Assembly: GCA_027364935.1 (NCBI GenBank)
Contig: DAHXOK010000003.1
Span: forward strand, 1-54,643
Source: Vulcanimicrobiota bacterium
Lineage (GTDB): Bacteria; Vulcanimicrobiota; Vulcanimicrobiia; Vulcanimicrobiales; Vulcanimicrobiaceae
DNA: 54,643 nucleotides
Direction of reading: 5' to 3'
Shown: piece by piece, positions 53,795-54,643 of the stretch
Position numbering within the stretch: the stretch's first letter is position 1
How the letters are laid out: each line of letters starts with the position of its first letter
Program-made: the position numbers and the translations under genes
Notes under the pieces: model-generated
What the model was told of the DNA's origin: nothing
The model's input: only the letters and a program-made list of their open reading frames with translations
The model's database searches: none

Positions 53795-54643
53795 GTGCGC
53801 ACCCGCTCGGATCTCCGCAACGTCGCAATCATTGCGCACGTGGACCACGGAAAGACCACGCTCGTCGACGCGATGCTCAGGCAGAGCGGCGTCTTTCGCG
53901 AGGGGCAAGCCGTGGAGACGCGCGTCCTCGATTCAAACCCGCTCGAGCGCGAGCGCGGCATCACGATTCTCGCAAAGAATACTGCGATTCACCACGGCGG
54001 CGTGAAGTTCAACATCGTCGACACCCCGGGCCACGCGGATTTTGGCGGCGAGGTCGAGCGCGTGCTACAGATGGTGCAGGGCGTGCTCCTGCTGGTCGAC
54101 GCGGCGGAGAGCGTGATGCCGCAAACCCGATTCGTGCTGCGCAAAGCCCTCGAGCTCGACCTACGGGCCATCGTCGTGATCAACAAGATCGACCGCAGGG
54201 ACGCGCGCCCCGTGGAGGTCGTCAACGACGTCTTCGATCTCTTCATCGAGCTGGGCGCCGCCGACGAGCAGGCCGACTTCTCCGTCGTCTACACCAACGC
54301 GAAGGCGGGAATTGCAAAACGCTCGCTCGACGACGCGGGCAACGATCTCGAGCCTCTCTTCGAGGCCATCCTCGCTCGCGTACCCGAGGCGCCGGCGGAA
54401 GACGGCTCCTTTCAGCTGCTCATCTCCGCGATCGACCATAATCGCTACGTCGGTCGCATCGGCGTGGGGCGCATCTTCCGCGGCTCCTCGCGCGTGAACA
54501 TGCCGATTGCTAAGGTCGCGCGTGACGGTGCCGTCACGACGGGCCTACGCCTCACGAAACTGCTGACGTTTCAAGGCCTCGAGCGCCTCGAGGTCGACGA
54601 AGCGTCGGCGGGCGACATCGTCTGCATCTCCGGCATCGAGGAT
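53795..54643 (+). CDS. typA: Translational GTPase TypA/BipA (3' end outside window)
   Basis: Absent from the ORF track because the frame has no stop in the window. GTG 53795 gives [32 protein letters not shown]...[15 protein letters not shown]...[16 protein letters not shown]...VINKIDR...[23 protein letters not shown]. 283 codons are open to nt 54643. Confidence 0.93.
   Translation, partial: MRTRSDLRNVAIIAHVDHGKTTLVDAMLRQSGVFREGQAVETRVLDSNPLERERGITILAKNTAIHHGGVKFNIVDTPGHADFGGEVERVLQMVQGVLLLVDAAESVMPQTRFVLRKALELDLRAIVVINKIDRRDARPVEVVNDVFDLFIELGAADEQADFSVVYTNAKAGIAKRSLDDAGNDLEPLFEAILARVPEAPAEDGSFQLLISAIDHNRYVGRIGVGRIFRGSSRVNMPIAKVARDGAVTTGLRLTKLLTFQGLERLEVDEASAGDIVCISGIED

Noticed and set aside
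52417-54441. 674-aa + strand ORF
   Set aside because: It runs antisense through amt and the secreted-protein gene, then off-frame through typA. The real typA frame is a different + frame, absent from the track because it has no stop in the window.

Overview
High-GC bacterial chromosomal segment (roughly two-thirds G+C by eye, not computed), densely coding on both strands. I recognised no rRNA, tRNA, CRISPR array, transposase, integrase or phage genes. A TonB-dependent-receptor-like outer-membrane protein suggests a diderm host; the lineage cannot be assigned from sequence alone. I support about 55 genes. Respiration: a caa3-type cytochrome c oxidase operon (ctaC-ctaD-ctaE plus two small membrane proteins) and a separate heme A locus (ctaA-ctaB). 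Housekeeping: ppk1, prfC, typA (3' end outside the window) and amt. Redox: a BolA / monothiol glutaredoxin / sulfurtransferase operon, a 2Fe-2S + molybdopterin dehydrogenase pair, and a GMC oxidoreductase with a Tat-signal partner. Sugar-related: GH130 and GH20 glycosidases, and two minus-strand operons that look like amino-sugar salvage. One is GH20 / permease-PDZ fusion / hydantoinase-like ATPase. The other is FAD oxidoreductase / ImmA-like mini-peptidase / BadF-type kinase / NanE, and it runs straight into the oxidase operon. Points worth a second look: (1) four independent gene-disrupting lesions, namely an in-frame TGA at the central Gly of a GXGXXG motif, an in-frame TAG in the Tat partner of the GMC oxidase, a frameshifted metallophosphoesterase and a decayed MFS transporter relic. 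(2) A chain of 4-nt start/stop overlaps (ATGA, GTGA, TTGA, possibly CTGA), with several genes apparently needing non-canonical starts. (3) A duplicated 35-bp hairpin element in the ctaA upstream region, plus short tandem repeats in two other leaders. (4) Unusual architectures: an ion-transporter-family permease with a PDZ tail, and a 97-aa HEXXH protein. Many long ORFs in the supplied track are antisense or off-frame shadows typical of high-GC DNA and were rejected. All family assignments come from motif recognition by eye, not database searches.
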